Positions 40,745 through 55,051 of a stretch of DNA of 64,000 nucleotides are shown piece after piece. Numbering within the stretch: position 1 is the stretch's first letter; each line of letters begins with the position of its first letter. The notes beneath the pieces were generated by a model. The model saw nothing but the letters and a program-made list of their open reading frames with translations, was not told the origin of the DNA and searched no databases. This DNA comes from Tubulanus polymorphus (lineage: Eukaryota > Animalia > Nemertea). The stretch covers positions 18,994,210-19,058,209 of the forward strand of contig NC_134030.1 of NCBI RefSeq assembly GCF_964204645.1, written 5' to 3'. A program made the position numbers and the translations under genes.

Positions 40745-42454
40745 ATCGTAGTCTGCATTTCGTTTCTCTTCAATTAGAATATCTCGGGATATCATAAACA
40801 TTTATATTTCAAGCTTCCCTTAATGTCGTCAACATCCGTGAAATTAGCACTTAAATAAACTGGAATTGCAATAGTTTATTACGCATAGTTTAATTAGGAG
40901 ATTTTCAACTCAAACCCGGCAAAAACTATAGCCTATCAGATTGACATACAAGTGTAATTTGGTTAACACTTTCGATACCAAGATATTGATTTCAATGTGA
41001 CTTCCCTTAGTCTTAGGTAAAGATTTCTCTTACTAGAATATTTAGTATTTTCTGTTGTTAAGGTAAAGTGTGTTAAGGTATAGCGTGTAGTGCGGTGTCG
41101 CCCTGCACTGCTTATTGTCCGTATCAATACTTAAATATGCAAATTAGCCTACTTTATATGCCCTCTTATATTGTGTGTCTCTTCTAGAAACGCATCGGGT
41201 AAAAGCAATATTCAACCAACGTAACGATTTTAATGGCTCCAATTTTGAGGATGATCATTAACGATACTGTTAGGCTTGAGTGGAACACGGATTAACGGGT
41301 TCCACCCAGACCAAGCTTTTATTAGTAAGCATAGTTTTAATTATATTGATGTCTTAATTATTATGAATAGTTACCATATGTGTGTATTAAAGTCTTACAA
41401 TAATCGCCAAGGCATTAGATAATCAAAATATCTTTCGAAGCAATTCGTCAATACTTCAGACTACGATTGGTAAATGTCCCATGGTTTGATCCGTCGACCA
41501 TCATTCCCTCAACAGTCTACTATCAAGACTACTCAGAGTTGTAACACTGACCCAAGATACGATAATTATTTTACTGGCTCAAGCTCTGTTCCACGAATGT
41601 TGAAATTGACTATCTTCTGCCTACCAGACACAATGGTCTAGTCAACAGTTCTGAGTTAAGATTTGACTCATTGAAAATGAACTAACTTACAACTGTGGAA
41701 CTTGATCCATAGTCTTATGTTTAAGCTGATCTCCGTACCGTGTCGTCAATCGACTTTATCAGGATTTCTTGCTTGGTTTATCTGTTCTTGGAAGTTGTGT
41801 TGACTAGATCAACGTCATCCACGCTTCGAGCTTAATTTTTCACGGGTCATTTGTGACCGAGGGAAAAAGCAACGGTTGAATTAATTAATCAGCTATGCGC
41901 TTTTTAAATGTCCAATGACTCTCAACAAGCCGATTCTATGCACATTGAACAGCTGAACGTGAAGTGTGAAAGGCAATCGTTCGATTCTCTCTACCAACAG
42001 TAAAATGGGTTATTCGTTGTATCATAAGATGGTCTAAGTAATTATCGGTGTACTTTGTTTGTCATACTACTAGCATTAATACTTTAATGAATATGTCAAG
42101 GCAATAGTATGCCAAGTGTTTTTTTTTTTTTTTTACTTTTTATTACTCCGAGTCATATCAATCATGTGACGATAACAGCTTATACGCTCGCTTCGGGTCT
42201 TTAATCAAAGTTGTGACATTTGATATATTTAAGATTGTTAAATCGCTGGACAGATGTGATAAAATCAGATCGAATTAAAAACAATCGTCAGCAGCGTATA
42301 AACATGGTCTAGCATATGGGGTAATCGAGTTTACTGCCTGATGGAACACGGGAGTTTTTCATGTGACTAAGTGGGAAGGGCTTTACACGGACGACATTTA
42401 AATGAACATCTGAGTAAAATGATCAATGTTCTTATTCATCGATGTATGATTGTT

Positions 42455-45400
42455 TCAGCGAGTTCTCCAAGCTCGTTTGCTTCTAGCTCGTATTGATTTC
42501 ATATCGATAGTGAGGATGGTGTAAAGAAGTGGATTCAGTGACGAGTTGATCGGTAGGAAAAGTACCGCCAACCAAGCCGCCACTTGGTTCGGTATCTCGA
42601 CTCGGAATACAGCGCAAAACTGAACGATAATTATCGGTAACCAGCAAAATAGATTACAAAGATTTATCACTAAACTCCTACGTGCCAGAATCAATTCGGT
42701 AGGATCAGCTCTCCCCGAGCCAGACCTGCTTCCAGATACTAGTCTATACATATGTGCATACGTAATTAAAATTGTAGCGAGTACGGCCGAGTTAAACACG
42801 GCAAAAATAGCGAATGAGTATTGCCAGGCGGGGACATCGATGGTTATAAAATTCATAGGTAGACAAACCCCAGTTGCACCGTAAAAATTGTTTCCGAAGT
42901 AAGAAGATGACGATAGCGGTAGCAACGAAATGATAAACAAAATGATCCAACATACACAGCACATGCCGGATACCGAATTCGAAGACATAATTGGGCTTCC
43001 AGAAAATGGGTCGACGATATTCGAGAATCTTTGACGCGTGAGCATGAGGAGAAATGTCAGTGATCCCTCACACGAAATAGTCACTATAATCCCAGCGAGT
43101 CGACACAAAGAACTATCTGTCCAACTTTCAGAATTTAGGAAATAAACACCTTTATAAACATAATCAGCTCCGGCGATCACAAAAAGATAAATCGACATGA
43201 GAAAATCGCAAGTGGCGATATTAATGATGAGGATATCGGAGCAAGTGTTCCTTGATTCAGAGGATGCATTTCGAAATGCTTGAACGCGAAGTAAAATAAC
43301 AAAGCTGTTCGCAAAAAAGCTGAATGATGCGATTGCCCAAATTATTGCCCTAAGAACAGTGTTACCCATCAGGTCGGAACAAGATGAATATTGATCAGCT
43401 TCTGGTTGACACCGTCTAATATTCGGAACCATGCACCAAAATTGGTACGCATCAGAAGCCAAAGAACTCAATAAGGTTAGACTGTCAAAAACGTTTCTTT
43501 CTACGGAGATAACTCTAGAATTTTTGGTTAGATCAAGATTTCTAAGTTTCATCAATCCGAAAAACGTGTTTGGTGAAATATACCTGATTTTGTTGCTGCT
43601 GATATTTAGCGACTCCAAAGCGGATAGACCACTAAATACATTTCCCTCGAGTAACGATAAGAACAGCCCGTGAAGGTCTAGATCACGTATCGACTTTAAC
43701 CCTTAAAAACTGCCTTCTTCTGAATATCTCACTGGATTTCCAAAAAGCAAGAGCGCTTGTAAGCTATACAAACCGGCGAATGTATTCGCGGACAACGTAG
43801 CTAAGCGGTTATATGTAATGTCTAATGTATGTAGATTATACAGGTTTGAAAACGCATTCGTAACAATGTGAGACAAATTGATGTTACGTGATATATTTAA
43901 GAAATGTAGATAGTAGTACGAATAAAAGGTGTAATGATTGATTTCAACTCGGTTTCCTGATAAAATCAGAACTCGAGTTGATGCCGAGAAAAGATCAGTA
44001 ATTTCTCCTAAACCAGCATCATTACAGTCAATTAAATGGCCTTGGCATTCACAACTATTTGGACACGTGACATCACAGAAAGATTCATAATCCGAGTTAT
44101 GTTTACAATTTACAACACCATCACAAACTTCAGATTGAGGTATACATCGGTCTTCCTGACCACATTTGAACATACCAGGACATGATAAAGTCTGACAGGT
44201 TCGCTCGTCTTCTGAATTAGGACAATCGGATCGACCATCGCACACCTGTCCCGTCGGTATACAGTAAGATGCTGGACATTTAACAGTACCAGCTGGACAT
44301 TGGAAATCAGTACAACCTCGTATGTGTTCGAGCCTTCTACATATGGGATGACCTGTTGGCATTCGTTCTAAAATACATCTGTGACGTCTAGAATAACAAT
44401 GAGGAGATTCAAAAGAACATCTTTGTTCATCAGATTTCTTACACGACAATGTTGTGAAATTAGTCATACAGTAGTTCTCTGTAGTGCACTGATTCTCAGG
44501 GTTAACAGTTATATTTGTGTCTATCTCATCTTCTTCGAGGTCCCCACCACAATCTACAACACCATCACGATACAATAGAGAACTGATACATTCACCATTT
44601 ACACACAGAAACCCGTTACATTCATCTGAAGAGCAGCCGATCTCATCGGATTTATCTTTACAATCAACCAGTCCATCACATCGATTTTATTTACCCACAC
44701 ATTGTCTATTTTTGCACTTAAACTGTTCAGTGGAACACATTATGATAGCACGAGTTCTCATCTGATCCGTCAGCGCAATCTCGGACAAAATCGCACAAAT
44801 TACTCACTGATATAACCTGTCCATCTGGACAGTGGAACTGACTCTGTAAGTTTGAACCCGAACAATCGAGTTCATCTTCACCGTGTTGACAGTCGTTTCT
44901 GGTATCACATACGCGATGGCTACTGATACATCTTTGGTCGTTGCATTGAAATTGCCACGATTTACAACCACTTACAGAGCCTAACTCTTTACTAGTTACT
45001 TTATTGGCACAAAGCACAGAATGCGCTACATCTGTGACATTATAGAAATCTGTCACTGACCATTCCACTGATTTGATATATGTTATCTCATCCCTGGTTA
45101 CGATTGGTGTGATAGCGAGAATACCACTATTCGCAGCCTTTGCCAGTATCGCACCATATTGAAATTTGTAATGGAATGTTTGAATCAAATGATCAATTCT
45201 CAATTCATTGGATATCATACCTATGTCACCGCCGATTGTAACACACATTTCCTCAGCTCTCCGAATTGACAATCTCTGAGTATCCCAAGCTGTAAGTATC
45301 TGATAGCAATGTCCTTCTATACCAATCCACCCTCGTAGACACGTTGAGTTACCTACTTCAAATGTCTGAGAATAATGACTCTTGTTTCCCCTCGAAACAT

Positions 45401-45623
45401 TAAATTGCTGATTATTAATAGTTGTGTAGTTATTTGTGTCTGTTTCACAAATAAAAGTCGTGTGAGTCTCCTCGATTTGACACGGGAATCGAACCCAGTT
45501 CGCTGAACCTCGTGGACTATTCAGTATCATCGCCGTACACGGCATATTGACGTCATTTATCGGTTGTGTTCGTAGAGGAGATATCAATCCTTGAATATAT
45601 TCTGGTATCGTTTCGTTTATCAT
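42455..45623 (-). pseudogene. GRL101-like LRR-containing GPCR (C-type lectin, LDLa repeats, LRRs, 7TM); intronless and disrupted
   Basis: CTLD-like segments (CLRGWIGIEGHCY, NWVRFPC...FICE), several LDLa units (CDGRSDCPNSEDE), LRRs, hinge SSCSDLM, and 7TM with GVCLP, CWLP, PINSSLNPLLY. One frameshift at ~44740, TAA at ~44688 and an in-frame TAA at 43703-43705. The 5' end is missing at the minisatellite. Confidence 0.88.
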
Positions 45624-45625
45624 AT

Positions 45626-46023
45626 CATTGTGAGGGCGATATAGGTGTTGTAATTGTGAGGGCGATATAGGTCTATATCGCCCTCAAAATCACAGCATCT
45701 ATTTCACCCTCACAAACGCAGCATCTATATCGCCATCACAATCGCAGCATCTATATCGCCCTCAAAATCACAATTACATCTATTTCACCCTCACAATTGC
45801 AGCATCTATATCGCCCTCACAATCTGTTTCTGATTGCCGATTGCCGACACAAAAAATGGTCGACAATCAGGTATCTGATTGCCGATTGCCGACCCGAGAA
45901 ATGGTCGACAATCAGGTTTCTGATTGCCGAATGCCGATTGCCGACCCGAACAATGGTCGACAATCAGGTTCCTGATTGCCGATTGCCGATTGCCGACCCG
46001 AGAAATGGTCGACAATCAGGTTT
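45626..46023. repeat. Two adjacent minisatellites (~26-bp GCAGCATCTATATCGCCCTCACAATC; ~43-50-bp CTGATTGCCGATTGCCGACCCGAGAAATGGTCGACAATCAGGT)
   Basis: Read directly. The first array starts with two inverted units and abuts the truncated LGR 5' end. Confidence 0.88.
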
Positions 46024-46958
46024 CTCGCGGCAATTTGAAACCGAACCACTCCCCTCATTTAAGAAAACCCTGCGCGATGGAACTATTTTGACCTATTCTG
46101 GAGTTGAACTATTGCTCAACTCCAGAACAGGTAAAAGTAGATCTGCGGGTTGGTTCCAATATTTTCAATGAGAAAAGTATCAATACGTAATTAAAAGTAC
46201 TAATCATTGAACCATTCGAACGATACAAATTCTATGTAATTACTGACGCAGAATAATGTATGCTGATCCCAGGCAGAGATCAGCTGATATTAAGCATTGC
46301 GCGCATTAATCTAATTTTGCAAATGAATTTCAATGGGCGTAATTATACTTTTGAAGTGAATGCGTTTTTAATACTGTATGCACGATTTTGAAATACAGTC
46401 GGACCTCACTAAAACGATGATCGTGGAAAATGAACAAAATCATCGTACTAACCTCTTGATAATTTCTAAGACAATTTCATAATAACCTCCATGATTACCT
46501 CATCGGATACCGTATAAACAAGTTTATGAAGATATCATTCTAGAACTATACTGTGTGTTCTGCGTGCGTCGACTACGTCGATTGTGATTCCATTTGTTGC
46601 ACTTAGGCCCTTTTGCATCAACATATTTACACTAACCAACTTTTGAGCAACCGGTCCCAGGTGTTTACATTACTTTATCATTAAGACTCCAAATATGTAG
46701 ATTTTATTGAAATTGTTAATTGTTAATGTTGTGCTTCCGGGCTTGAGTACACTACATGGTCTAAGTAACCGCGCGTTCACAAAATGTTACGATAATTTTT
46801 AGCGCAACAATCAATTCAACCCATTTAATAAAATCATGGTCGACGTTGTCTCATTTGGGTTAACCATATGCCGCAAATCCGTAACGTGGCGGTAATCTCT
46901 CGTCGGTTGGGTTAGTTCAGATTGTCGCATAGAATTGTAAAGGTACCTTTAGCTAGAA

Positions 46959-49900
46959 ATGGATCCAATAATTGTTGCATTGGTGGTAGGTTTAATCGCC
47001 GTGATTTGTATGTATTCCAAGAATCGTAAACGCTACAATCTGCCGCTTGGACCGAAAGGCTACCCTTTTATCGGTAATACTCTAGGTAAGTCGATAGCAT
47101 ATTTCGAGTTTATTTGAATCTGTGTTTTTGATTTCATTTACTACGAATATATAATATGTCAAAGTCGATACCACGGGCGTAAAAAAATCCTGACCCCTGT
47201 CCGGACATTCAAGTTTTCATATTATTTCATAAGTTCGGCATTCGACGGTCATTCACAAATGTGTAAGATTTAACGGCTAGGAATTCGACCACCATTCGAT
47301 TGGAAAAAACATTCCATATTTAGGCATTCTACTTACGACTGGATGTGTAATCATCTATTTATAAGATGGTTACTTCCTGTTTTCATTTCTAGTAATCTCA
47401 TCTAAAAAAATCATATCGACCTGTACCATTGATATCAGCTAACATTCAATCCATCTACAGTGCAGGTCGCAGGCTCTAACACCCGAGGCGTAGGTGCACT
47501 GCACTCATTCTGGTCTTTTTTTCTTAACTCACCCTTGCAAATTCGTTATTTATTCGTGCCTGATTTTAAAACGGCAGGGAAACCACTTCCTTACGAAAGC
47601 TGCGAATGTTATTCGTGGCTCTAGACAGACATTCCACTCTCAAACGATATTCAAAATGTAAAAAATTCTCCCCGCCGCACAGCAACCCCTCAATAAAGTA
47701 TACACTTTGACTGTCTTGTCGTCTAGCAGGGCCCAAAGCTGCCAGCATGAAGCGCATGACAGCGCCATCTACATTATTATTTTTGTGATACTAATCAATT
47801 GTGCGATGAGTAACATCTTATGCAAGCGTCAAAAATCCTGATACCCCTTGTCCACAAAACGTCAGGTATTCGATCGAATATTGCATTAAATGTTGTCAAC
47901 GCCCCGGAATTGTAAACAAACTGCACGTTTGTATAAAGAGCAAGTCTTTACAACGGTCAAATGCTCTCGAAAGTTTTAGCCGGTGTCAAAGGTATTCTGA
48001 TGCAAGATTGGTGTGAGCAGATGGCCAAATATGTTTATGTATCTATATATATTATACTTAATAGGAATTTCTGGTTTTTTTTTTAAAGTTTAAATCTTCT
48101 ATTTTTAGAGTATCATGCAGTGGGCCGTCCTACATGGATGCATTTTACCAATCTAGCTAAACAATACGGAGACGTGTTCCATTTCAAATTAGGTGACAAT
48201 AAACACGAAAATTAGTATTTTTGTGAACTAAATTTTCAGTTTAATTCCAATGCGAATATGTGTGTTTACTTTTTTAGGATACGGAAAACTAGAACATATA
48301 ATTGTTTTGAATAATGCCGACACGATTTGGAAAGCGTTCGTTCACACGGATAAAATCGATAACAAACCGAACATCTGGTCACGTGAGTATCGAAATGAAT
48401 ATCGAATTCAATCAATAGTTTGTAAAACTAGAAATATTCGGGCCTAAATATATGAGCATACGGTTGTTGATTGATAAGCGTGAGTCTATCCGGGTAACGG
48501 TTTTAAGATTTTCCGCCACATGAAAATCTCGCCCTTCCAAATTGAATTTCATAACACGATGATCGATGATTCACATCTTGATTAAGAAAAACATATAATG
48601 ATTTGACTATTTCTACTGAACACTAGATGATCGACAGTAATCTCTTCAGAGTGTACTGAGAATGCTAGCGAAGCACACGAATCATTTTAAGGATTGATAA
48701 CTTGAGGATATTTTGATAGGTCCTGACCCTATACTTTGATCGATACTGCAGAACTTTGGAACAGTGTCTTCGATTTGAGAATATGCGAAATACTGCTCAT
48801 GGTAGAAATAAGATTAAAGTCCACTATTTACGAATTAAAAGAATTTCAAAATCGAGAATTTATTCATTCAAAAATCTAATACACGACGTTTCGATCTCAC
48901 CCTAGAGATCATCGCCGGGTGTGAGAAATAGACTAAAAACAGGGGTATATATACAGAGGAGGACAGGTTAATTGAGTAAATTGGTGAGTGAGTAAATAAT
49001 TAGTGTTTGGCAAGGCATGAAGTAATATACTTAGACAGAAGGGAATCGTACGGAAGAGCAATGCGGCCAACAACATTTTATTTTCCGTTTAAAAAGTGGA
49101 CTTTTCGAGTTTATCTGGCGACTTTTCGACTTAATAAGTCGACTTTTCGACTTAGTAATCAATAATCGTACACTAATTTTACGAAGCTGTTAGAATGGAC
49201 GGACGATGATGTCGGAGTCCGCTGCTGACCAACAGTTACGACGGTGTTTATTAAGGTGAATTACATATCAATTTCCTCAGAATTACTTACTCGGAGAATG
49301 ATGAAAAAAAACTTACTAAAAAAATGAAAAAAAACTTACTCTGAATAAGAAAAAAAGTATTTTCTTCTGTAGTTTCTTAGTTGGAATAGCATTCGAAAAA
49401 AGTGTAATACAAAATATAAGACTTATGATAATAATAATAATAATAATAATAACATATAATAATAATACTAATAAAATTTTTACTTTTTAAAGCGCTAAAT
49501 CTCTTTATGACTCAAAGCGCTTTAAAGACAACATAGATAATTTGAAAAAGAGTATTCCGTTGAGCTAAAACATTCCAGTTGTAAGTTTCATTAAGAATAT
49601 GTGTTTTAGCGTCTCTTCTTGAAGATTAGAATCGACTCACCCTCCCTAATATGTTTTGGAAGTGAGTTCCATAGCGTTTTGGTGGGAAACTACGAAAAGA
49701 TTGGCTATCACTACGGGATGGGTGGTTTACATAAAATATAATTATGAAGACCAGATTGATTAAGATGACGACTAGGAGTATAGTGATAAAAGTTCAGACA
49801 CAGATAAGATGATGCAGAGTTATTGAAACATTTATATGTCATGAGAAAGTACTTGTGCGTGAACAATAACAATGATCCCATGACAAAATCGTAATTGAAT

Positions 49901-50249
49901 TATAAATGTATCACTATTTTTTTATCGTTTATAGTTGATTTCTTCACGGATGGTAGTCGAGATATCGTGAACGGTCAACCTCACGATCTCGTTTGGAAGT
50001 TGATGAGGAGTATTACCACAACCGGGCTCAGGTAAATAAATCGACAGAACAGATCGTGACTTTGTGCATCATGTATATAAGATATCTGATGATAAGACGT
50101 TGTTTATTGAATCAGATTTTAACTTGGCTCATGTTAACAGTCTCGGACTATTAAATCCTAGTCGTCATAGTATAGAAAAACTAGTGTTATTTCTGCTCAT
50201 GTTTGTTTGAAGACTGCTATAAATTGTATCTGTTTCTTTCATCTCCTGA

Positions 50250-50320
<71 letters not shown>

Positions 50321-53300
50321 TATACATGAACTCTTCTTTTTGACACTTGATTCTTGTTCTCCTTTTTATTGTGAAAAGCCAGTAATGTCATCAATATATA
50401 AAGATTAAAATTGAATTGACTTGAACTGTTCAGGTTTGAGCCCAACGCACACGTACAGGACCCGATAAACATAGAAACATTGAAACGCAGAAACAAACGT
50501 GTACGAAACCATGTTTTTCAATTTTTCGAAAACGTCCACGACACAGAGAATCGATCGAAATATTTTTCGGTCACCTGCTCTGCGTTTCCCTGCATCGTGT
50601 TCATTGGGCTTAATGGTGCAAGCGCAGCGAGTGGCACACGTAGAAACGAATGCTCATGGCACACGTATACCGATACACGAAAGGGAAAGCCTTTTCTGGA
50701 GTCTTTCGTCACTTGCGTTAATCCGAAACACGGTTTGCCGACGATCAGGTGGTTTCGAGATTCACTAAAACGTTGTTTCGCGTTCGTAATGTTTAGAATA
50801 GAAAAACAAGAAAAGACGCGGACACGTGAATGTCGCACTCAGATTTGTATATTTATACGTAACTTCTATCATAAAGTGAATGCGCGGAGAACGTATTTGG
50901 TAATCGTCAGCTCCTCAAACCTAGGTATTAACCCACTAGACACCGCGACTTCATGTTCCTGAACAACAAACGCTCAATTAGCCAATTTAATTTGCATATA
51001 AAGATAAAGATCAGTAGAGATGCGGTGTGAAAACTACTGATGCATTACAACCATTGGTTGAATCTCTATCGCTGTATAGATTTGGTCAATCATTGGTTAA
51101 AAGTTTGACCTTTGACCCCCTCAAACTATAGGTGGCGCTATAATACAGCGGACGTTTTGCGGAGATACAAGTTGAACGTCGACGGACATTCTGCGGTCTA
51201 ATGGGTTTTAAAGCAAATAGAAATATAATTCACATTAACTAAAACATGCCAATTATGCATTTCTGAACAAAGCCTAATTCTTTAAATCATTGGAATACAT
51301 AATGATTTCTATCTATATGTTTTATTTAGATATTAGAGATTGCTTATTATAACACCAGGAAGATATACAACGTGTCCAATACTTGACCATATTTCAACAT
51401 TGTAGGAATTCGTTGGCGCTGTCTGACAGTAAGGTTCATTCAGCCACAGATAGAGGTATTGAGGTCGTTAGTAGAAATCTGGACAAACCCTTTGATTTGA
51501 AGTCGACATTGTACCTGATGGTTTTCAACGTCATCTGCGACATGATGCTAAACAAACAGTAAGCCGCTACTGCTATGCACTAATATATTCACAAAACGTC
51601 GCACTTAGAAATATTAACGCTTATTGTGTTTGCTTGTTTTTTAATGGGGTAACGGCACCGCTACTGTGGCAATCGAGGATTCCACGTATGGCAGGTGAGG
51701 ATCCGCCAGGTTCGCTAGTGGTTACTCGGTCACTGCGCTTCAATTTCTTCTACATGTCAGTTTATATTAGAATCCATTCATTTAATTAGTAAATCAAATT
51801 CCAGTAGAACTGTACCATAATACTCTTCGGTAACGTTAATCTTGTATATATGTGGTATCTTGATGATAGGTAAGAATATCTAATGGTATCCTAAATAAAT
51901 TTGGTTAAACCTTATTTATACAGGATATCATCAGAAATTCATACCTATCATCAAGGTGTGAATCGATAATCAACAGGAACATAAACTTTATGTTTCTGTT
52001 CATTATCGATTCAGACCACGCATCGAACGTGACCAGTTCACCAATTGGTTTTTCTCTAAGGTTTGAAGCGGATGATCAAGAGTTTGAAGATTTATACCGA
52101 TCCATGGAGGCGTTGAGCGAAATATTCGGAAATGTCGGCGTACTAGAAGACGTCATACCTCTGATGAGGTATATACCGTACAAGATACCATCGACTAGGA
52201 AATTCATCGAACATTATCACCACGTTCTCGAGTTTTTGAGAAAGAACTTTTGCGAACATGTTGATAATTTCAACCGCGGTAAGACAGATGTTCAATTATC
52301 TGGGGCCAATTTGTCAAAACGTTCGGTAGAGTCAACCAGTGAATAGTTGACGTAGTGATAACTTACAGTCCGTTGTTGCTATGGTATTTTTATCCGCCGG
52401 TTATCTTCGACCAGCTTTAGGGCAAATGACCCTGCATCCAGCTCCACAGTTCTTAAATTTACTCCGAGTTAAAATAAACTCATTTTCAATGAGTTAACTG
52501 AGACAAATGTTAACTCATAACAGTGGAACTGTGGATTCTGGAGTACCAAATTCCACCGTAAATGGCGTTTGAAAAAGTGCTATTTTTTCGCCCTCCGGAT
52601 TCGCCATAACTTTTCCAAAAAAAACCTTACAATATTTTCCATATTATTTCAGTCTTAATGTTCCGTTGCATATAATCTGAAAGAACAGTTTTATACGCAT
52701 TTCCCTTATCATTTGAGTTCAATCAAATATTGGTTTTTTTCATTTTTTATTGCCGTAAGTGAAAGAGATTAATGTGTATGGAATTTAAGATCGAATTCCG
52801 AAATTGTGTTCGAGCGTTTTCTTATTTCTTTGCAGAAAATCTAACGGATATCACGGATTATCTGATAGAAGCGAGAGAAAGAACTCGTGATCGTGATCCA
52901 AAATTAGCAGATGATTTCAGCGATAGACATCTGGTTCAAATCCTCAACGATATTTTTGCAGGTAGATTGCGTCATAACCGATTTATTTATCGACATATTT
53001 TAATTTTGGCCTACATGTCAATTTCCCATCGGTCACCTTAGCCGTGGCCACTCGGAAAGGATTTGGCCCGGGCCAAATAGGCACGGATCAGGCTCGAGCC
53101 AATTTTGGCCTGTGCCTAATAACTGAGCGCACTCAAACACAAACCACTCACTCGATGCTAAACAATGCTCAGCCGCTCGTGTGATCGCGGCTCTTGGTGA
53201 AGGTTCTGGGAACTGTCAACGTCGTTTTAAGTAACTTCACCGGGTGATTCGGACCCGCCATTTCTCAGTTTTGAGTGAAACGGGTTTTTCACTAAGTCCC

Positions 53301-55051
53301 CAAACATACGTCATCAGATAATTTACGTCGACATGTCGCGAAATATCGCGTCATGTACTCACGATATGTCGACAGGTTCATGTCTACTTGACGCGATATA
53401 TCGCGATATGTCGACATCAACAAGGCGACTTGTTGAGTTGGAACGCGACGACTGGAAGCCCCTAAAAATAAGTACGCACTAACGGCGCTTGATGTGTTTT
53501 ATCTCTGAATGGAGCTCACATGTTCACAGTTTCGTGTTTTTTTTAAAGCTGGGATTGACAGTCCTAGCCAATCGTTGAACTGGATCATGTATTTTCTGGC
53601 AAAATATCCCGAGGTACAGAAGAAAATTCACGCCGAACTTGATGAACATATCGGTATGAAATTTCGCTAATAATATACGTACTTTAGTTTAATTAAGCTA
53701 GTATTCTACATCTGGTTTCCTATATCTTGTCGACAGGAGCACGACGCTTGAAAATGGCCGATAAACAGCAATTAGTCTATTGCGAAGCAGTGATGTATGA
53801 AGCGATGAGGTTGTGTCCTGCTGCACCTTTAAGCGTACATTCAGCCGCGTGCGACGTACAACTAGGTAAGATGAAACGCAAGCAATGTCCGTCTAGTTTC
53901 TTCGGACATCGGATCTAGCGACACAGTGTTACCTCACATCTGTAAATGTAGGTCACGTGGACTACATCCTCGCTTGCCAGGGGTCCGTTATCGCTCCCCG
54001 ATAACTCGCTTCCGCCACATTCCCCTGGCCTCACGAAGCGTGATTTCATTACTGGTGCATGACGTCATATATCGATTTGCGAAATACTTCCTTGTTCGGT
54101 AAAACGTTTGCTGATTGGTCCATTTAACGGGAATTCCAACAGCAGCCTTAATGTCGTTTGTTACAAGCACTGTGATTGGTACGACCGGATTCTGGTCGGC
54201 TAATAACGACTCCAACGACTCGTGAGATCAATGGGTTCGGGGAACAGATTTAGCTAAGTGGGTTCGAATCCCAGGACGGGTGAGGATGCGTGGACTAGGT
54301 CATGAGTCAAATTAAACCTTCCACAACCGTGGAACTGGATATGTAGACGTCAAATTAAACTAATTGTGAATCTGAGGCCTAAATCGACAGTTGAACACGG
54401 CATAAGTCAGTGTAGACTTGAATCCAGAGTCAAATTAAACTGGAACTGGGTCAAAAGTCTATTTAAACCTACATAACTGTGAACAACGTAACACGTTTCA
54501 GAATAAAATCCATTTTATTTTAACGTCTAATTGGAAGTAAACACACATTATTGTCAATGGAACTTGTCAAATTAAACCCGATTGAAGCTACACAGCTAAG
54601 TCTTGATTGGATTAATGTGATATTATCTGTCACCATTATAACATATAAGTATTATGTGATGCTGATTCGGGATCATTTCTGTCTATTTGCAGACGGTTTT
54701 GACATTCCTAAAGATAGTCAAGTTTGGGCGAACCTCTACGCTTGCCACCACGACAGCCGGGTCTGGGACGACCCGGAATCGTTCAAACCCGAACGGTTCA
54801 TTCACGCTGATGGGAAGTTGGTAGCTCGCCCTAAATCGTGGTTACCGTTTGGCGCCGGCCGTAGATCGTGCATCGGTGAAAACGCCGCCAGACAACACGT
54901 GTTTCTCTTTTATACGAGCCTGATGCAGAAGTTCAGTATTCGATTTCCGGACGCCAGTCCCATGAAAACGTCACCGCTAACTTCTGATTTCGTAGACAAC
55001 CCGTTTTTCTGCAGGTCGAAGCCATTCGATCTGATTATCAGTGAACGATGA
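46959..55051 (+). CDS. Cytochrome P450, clan 2 (CYP17/CYP1-like), 10 exons, 500 aa
   Basis: Exons 46959-47085, 48109-48192, 48278-48382, 49935-50031, 51406-51558, 52061-52278, 52836-52961, 53549-53653, 53737-53865, 54693-55051. Total 1503 nt, in phase. N-terminal anchor plus LPLGPKGYPFIGN, WKLMR, I-helix AGIDSP, EAMR, FKPERF and heme motif PFGAGRRSCIG. Confidence 0.95.
48881..48922 (-). ncRNA. Degenerate minimal type I hammerhead ribozyme (Penelope-like relic)
   Basis: Minus strand reads ACAC-CCGGCGA-T-GATCTC-TAGGGT-GAGATC-GAAAC-GTC-GTGT. Stems I and II pair, GAAAC and GTC are present, and the core has two mismatches to CTGANGA. Confidence 0.55.
49425..49860 (-). mobile_element. L2-type LINE 3' fragment
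   Basis: Minus strand encodes LWNSLPKHIREGESILIFKK, then an AAAGCGCTTTGAG...TAGCGCTTT stem-loop and a (TTA)n tail. Confidence 0.7.
50254..50319. repeat. (TA)n microsatellite
   Basis: Read directly from the sequence. Confidence 0.95.
50932..51205. mobile_element. piggyBac-like MITE in P450 intron 4, mirrored from ~63717 to the window end
   Basis: TTAA|CCCACTAGAC ... GTCTAATGGG|TTTTAA. Confidence 0.6.
53965..54288. mobile_element. Non-autonomous DNA element with 9-bp TSD (MULE-like); mirrored at ~59486-59815
   Basis: CGTGGACTA is duplicated at 53956-53964 and 54289-54297; termini CATCCTC...GAGGATG. Confidence 0.8.

Noticed and set aside
43703-43705. Programmed readthrough or selenocysteine in the LGR
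   Set aside because: The stop is TAA and comes with a frameshift and a second stop; simple pseudogenisation explains it.
50480-50962. 160-aa ORF in P450 intron 4
   Set aside because: Non-ATG start, no domain features, repeat-like intronic context.
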